Assembly (NCBI GenBank): GCA_012862495.1
Contig: BLSG01000260.1
Coordinates: forward strand, 149,745-174,448
Source of the DNA: Thraustochytrium aureum
Lineage: Eukaryota
Direction of reading: 5' to 3'
DNA: 24,704 nt
Below, piece by piece: positions 21,501-24,704 of the stretch. The notes beneath the pieces were generated by a model, which was given only the letters and a program-made list of their open reading frames with translations, had not been told where the DNA came from and did not search any database. Positions within the stretch are counted from its first letter, which is position 1. Each line of letters opens with the position of its first letter. The position numbers and the translations under genes are program-made.

Positions 21501-22353
21501 GCCGTCAAGGAAAACGGAGACCCCGCGGTGGCCCAGCAGCCCCGCCATGTCGTACACGCGGCGGCGCATCAGGCTTCTCGTGCCGACATCGATCTTCTTG
21601 AGCCCGAAAAGGCAGGTCGGGCTTGAAGGATATCCTGGTGAAGTCCTCCCACGGCCGACCCGCGAAGGCCTTGGGCAGGCTGCTCGGCGTCACGTCCGTG
21701 ACCTGCGCCCCCTCTGGACTTGGCTTCATGTGGTCGTGCCAGGACATCTCGAAGAGCTTGCCAGCCTTGGTGTCGAGCGTTTCAACGTGAAACTCCTCCG
21801 ACAGGATGTTGGTCAGCTTTGCGCCGAGCCCATGGCGCCCGCCAGTGAACCTTCGCTTCGAGTCGTCAAAGTTGGACCCTGTCATCGTGTGGCCGAAGAG
21901 CAGCTCGGGGATGTACATTTTCTCTTTCGGGGAGGTCTGCACCGGGATCCCCGGTCCGTTGTTTTCCACGCTGATTAGGCTGCTTCCGAGCTCTACGCGG
22001 ATCGCTGTCGTCGCGGCGGAGCGCTCCGCGTTGTCCGCTGCGTTCACCAGGATCTCGTCAAACAGCTTGAGCAGGCCAGGCACAAACTTGATGTTCATGT
22101 GAGCGAACCCGTCCTTGGCGCGAACGAACCGCGGCTCCTCCACGAGCTCGGTGCTGCCCACATACATGCCCGGCCGGAGCAGAACGTGTTCTGTTGGCGA
22201 GACCCGCTTGTACTGCTCGTCCACATTGTCAGTGACGATGCTGCTGGCCAAGCGCACCTTCGTTGCCCAGGGCCTGGGCCACCCTTGAGGCAGTCCAAGC
22301 TGGCGCGCGCGCTGCACGCCTGTCGAGATCCGGAGCAGCCTCGCCGTCCCAAC
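18592..22353 (-). CDS. TOP2: DNA topoisomerase II (eukaryotic type IIA), no C-terminal domain, probably organellar; start in gap 22354-22627
   Basis: GHKL: EHVLLRPGMYVGS, FDEILVNAADN, GGRHGLGAKL. TOPRIM: LTEGDSA, PLRGK, IMTDQDYDGSHIKGL, KYYKGLGTS. Cleavage core: DGLKPSQRK, YHHGE, SPRYIF (Tyr codon 19696-19698). One frameshift at ~21608 and a spurious gap at 20310-20406. TAG at 18592-18594. Confidence 0.96.
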
Positions 22354-22886
22354 NNNNNNNNNNNNNNNNNNNNNNNNNNNNNNNNNNNNNNNNNNNNNNN
22401 NNNNNNNNNNNNNNNNNNNNNNNNNNNNNNNNNNNNNNNNNNNNNNNNNNNNNNNNNNNNNNNNNNNNNNNNNNNNNNNNNNNNNNNNNNNNNNNNNNNN
22501 NNNNNNNNNNNNNNNNNNNNNNNNNNNNNNNNNNNNNNNNNNNNNNNNNNNNNNNNNNNNNNNNNNNNNNNNNNNNNNNNNNNNNNNNNNNNNNNNNNNN
22601 NNNNNNNNNNNNNNNNNNNNNNNNNNNTACATTTTGACTGAATTTCGTCACAATGGTACCTTTCTGTGACGCTGCAGTAGCAGCGACATGGTCCTCTCGT
22701 CACAGCGGGTACTCGTATGACGAGGACCTGTGAGGTGTGGGTCGTGACTGCGTTTGCCCGTTGTGCGGCAGACCCCTGTGCCCGCACGAACGAGTGGGAC
22801 GGGGACGGCGCGAAGGCGCGTTTGCTTGTGGAGCTCGTGCTGGCGGCTCGCTTGAAGCTCGTCGTGCTGGCTCGGCGCCTGCAACT

Positions 22887-22922
22887 GCCGCCGCCGCCGC
22901 CGCCGCCGCCGCCGCTGCTGCT
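22887..22922 (+). repeat. (GCC)9(GCT)3 trinucleotide tract, 5' UTR or poly-Ala
   Basis: Directly visible, ending 12 nt before the ATG at 22935 and in frame with it as poly-Ala. Confidence 0.9.
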
Positions 22923-22934
22923 TCGTTGCGGGAC

Positions 22935-24704
22935 ATGTCGGGCCGCGGCGGCGAGCCCGGCTCCCCCCAACAACCAATGCTGCTGCCCACGCCGCTGCTG
23001 CGCTTGAGAGCCTGGCGGAGGGGAACAGGTACAAAGAGGTGAACGCGCTGCGGAGCCAGGTGCGCGAGTTGCAGCTCAAGGTCGATAATCAGGCGGTGCT
23101 GCTCAAGCAAGCAGGGGAGGAGCTCAAGGACATCAAGTTCAAGTACAGGAAACTCCGCGCAGAGCAGCCCGCAAGCGGCGAAGGCGGCGAGGAAGCAAGC
23201 GCAGCGGCCGCGCTGCAGCAAAAGGTGGCAGAGCAAGAGAATGAGGCCAACAAACTCCGCGCCCTTCTGGAGAAGGCCGAATTTGAGCGCGACGAGCTCG
23301 CAGGCCAGGTGACCGAGCTGAAAGAGCGAAACAGCCGGAACAAAAACGAGGCGCAGGCGCACAATGCGCGACTTGAAGTTGCTCTAGAAAGCCTGGAAAG
23401 CGTCAAGGCCGTTGCATACCAGTACGAGGAAGACAACAAGCGCCTGAACGAGCTCATCAAAAGCCTGGACGGCCAGCTGGTCCAGGTCCGCGAGTCCCTC
23501 GCGGCCAAGGAAGACATCCTCGGGAGCTTGGAGATCGAAGCCAAGCTTATTGGCAAACAGAAAAACGACATGAATGCCGCGCGACGCGAAACAAACCGCA
23601 ACCGACGCCAGCTGCTCTTGCTCGCGGAAAGCAGCAACCGCGTGCAGACGGAGCTCCACACGGGGCTTTTGGCGAACAAGAGGCTGCTCGAGGAGCTCAA
23701 GAGCGAGTACGAAGAGCACTCGGAAACGGTGCGCGCCGAGTGGAACATGGACCGCAAGGCCAAGATGGACGACTACAACAAACTGATGCAGCAGTTTGAG
23801 AACCTCAAGCTCATCCAGTTCGAGGACAAGCAGCAGCTTTTGCGCGAGCAGCGCGAGGTGGTCAAAGCGCTGCAGACGCAGTTCGAAGAGTACAGGCAAA
23901 CGGCCGAGTATCTGTTCCAAACCGAGTCGCTCAAACTAGAGGACAAGCTCCGCGCGCAGACCGGCAAGTACGAGGAGGAGATCAAGTACATCGTGCGGGC
24001 CAAAGACCAGCACTTTGACATGATGATGACCGCCAAGGACGCCAAGATCATGAACTTGATCGAGGGTTCGGACCTGCAGACCGTCCTGATCCGGCACGAG
24101 CAGGAGCTGGAGCAGCTGCGGCGGTCGCACCTCGACGACCTCGAGGACATGCGGCGCCGGACCGAGGCGGCGCAGCGCGAGGAGATTGCCGACCTTCGCA
24201 AAGAGATTGCGTCGCACGAGCTCGTGCAGGAAAAGCTCAAGATGAATATCTCAAACCTGGAGGACCAGATCATTGAAGCAAACTCGATGAATGACCGCCG
24301 ACTCGATCAGATGAACCAGCGAGATGAGCGGCACACGGAGGACCTCCAGCACCTGCAAAAGCTCTTGCAGGAGGCCCACGAAGCTCGCGAGAGACTTGAC
24401 CAAGAGAAGCAAGACCTACGACATCGGATCGTACGTCTGCGGTTCCGCGCCAAGGGCGACGCAGACGAAACCCTGCCCAACTTGGTGAAGCGCTTGTCCA
24501 TGGAGACGTCGGCCCTGAAGGGCAAGCACGCCACGCTGACCAAAAAGCTCGAGTCCTCCATGCAGCAGCTTCGAACCCTGCAGCAAAAGCACGTCATCCA
24601 GACGCAGCACCTGGAGCAAGCAACGGGGCTCGCTGCAAACAAGGACAAGGAGCTGCGCGACATGTTTCGCACCTTGTCCAGGATCTTGTACAGCCGCGTG
24701 CACG
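22935..24704 (+). CDS. Long coiled-coil protein, 3'-truncated, absent from the ORF track
   Basis: Frame read from 22961 has no stop to the window end (ESLAEGNRYKEVNALRSQVRELQLKVDNQ...KDKELRDMFRTLSRILYSRVH), rich in E/K/L/Q/R. It joins the ATG at 22935 if the C6 run at 22963-22968 is really C7. Confidence 0.88.

Noticed and set aside
21600..21615. Programmed +1 frameshift in TOP2: the minus strand reads CCT TTT CGG, like the UUU_CGN +1 slippage motif of influenza PA-X and amalgaviruses
   Set aside because: Adding two bases to the T run restores the usual PDL-x-x-F spacing, whereas +1 slippage leaves the protein one residue short. Similar indels occur throughout the window, so sequencing error is simpler. 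Raw reads would settle it.
18592..22353. Giant-virus genome or endogenous viral element, suggested by the CTD-less Top2
   Set aside because: Neighbours are IFT20 and an intron-containing gene, there is no obvious compositional break, and no capsid, packaging ATPase or viral polymerase gene is visible.
180..22970. Pseudogenisation suggested by frameshifts near 188, 2441, 10960, 12842, 21608 and 22965
   Set aside because: Most lie at short homopolymers, catalytic motifs are intact and there is no build-up of in-frame stops. This pattern fits low-coverage assembly errors.

Overview
Gene-dense, GC-rich scaffold from a eukaryotic microbe, broken by many N-gaps. IFT20 and short GT-AG introns show a eukaryote with a flagellated stage; a stramenopile-like protist is my guess, not proven. 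Left to right it holds: (1) the 3' part of a very large modular protein ending in a filamin-type Ig repeat; (2) two paralogous Ser/Thr kinases in head-to-head orientation; (3) a large minus-strand STAND NTPase that I reconstruct across gaps, frameshifts and a probable intron as TPR-like + two SKICH-like beta-sandwiches + DUF4062-like + NACHT/AAA (TEP1/NPHP3-like); (4) a METTL21-family methyltransferase with three short introns that the ORF track fragments; (5) IFT20; (6) a type IIA topoisomerase with no C-terminal domain and a mitochondrial-transit-like leader; (7) a long coiled-coil gene missing from the ORF track that runs off the right end. Several frameshifts, mostly at homopolymers, look like sequencing errors. 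No rRNA, tRNA, CRISPR or mobile element was recognised. Domain calls are from motif recognition by eye; no database search was run.
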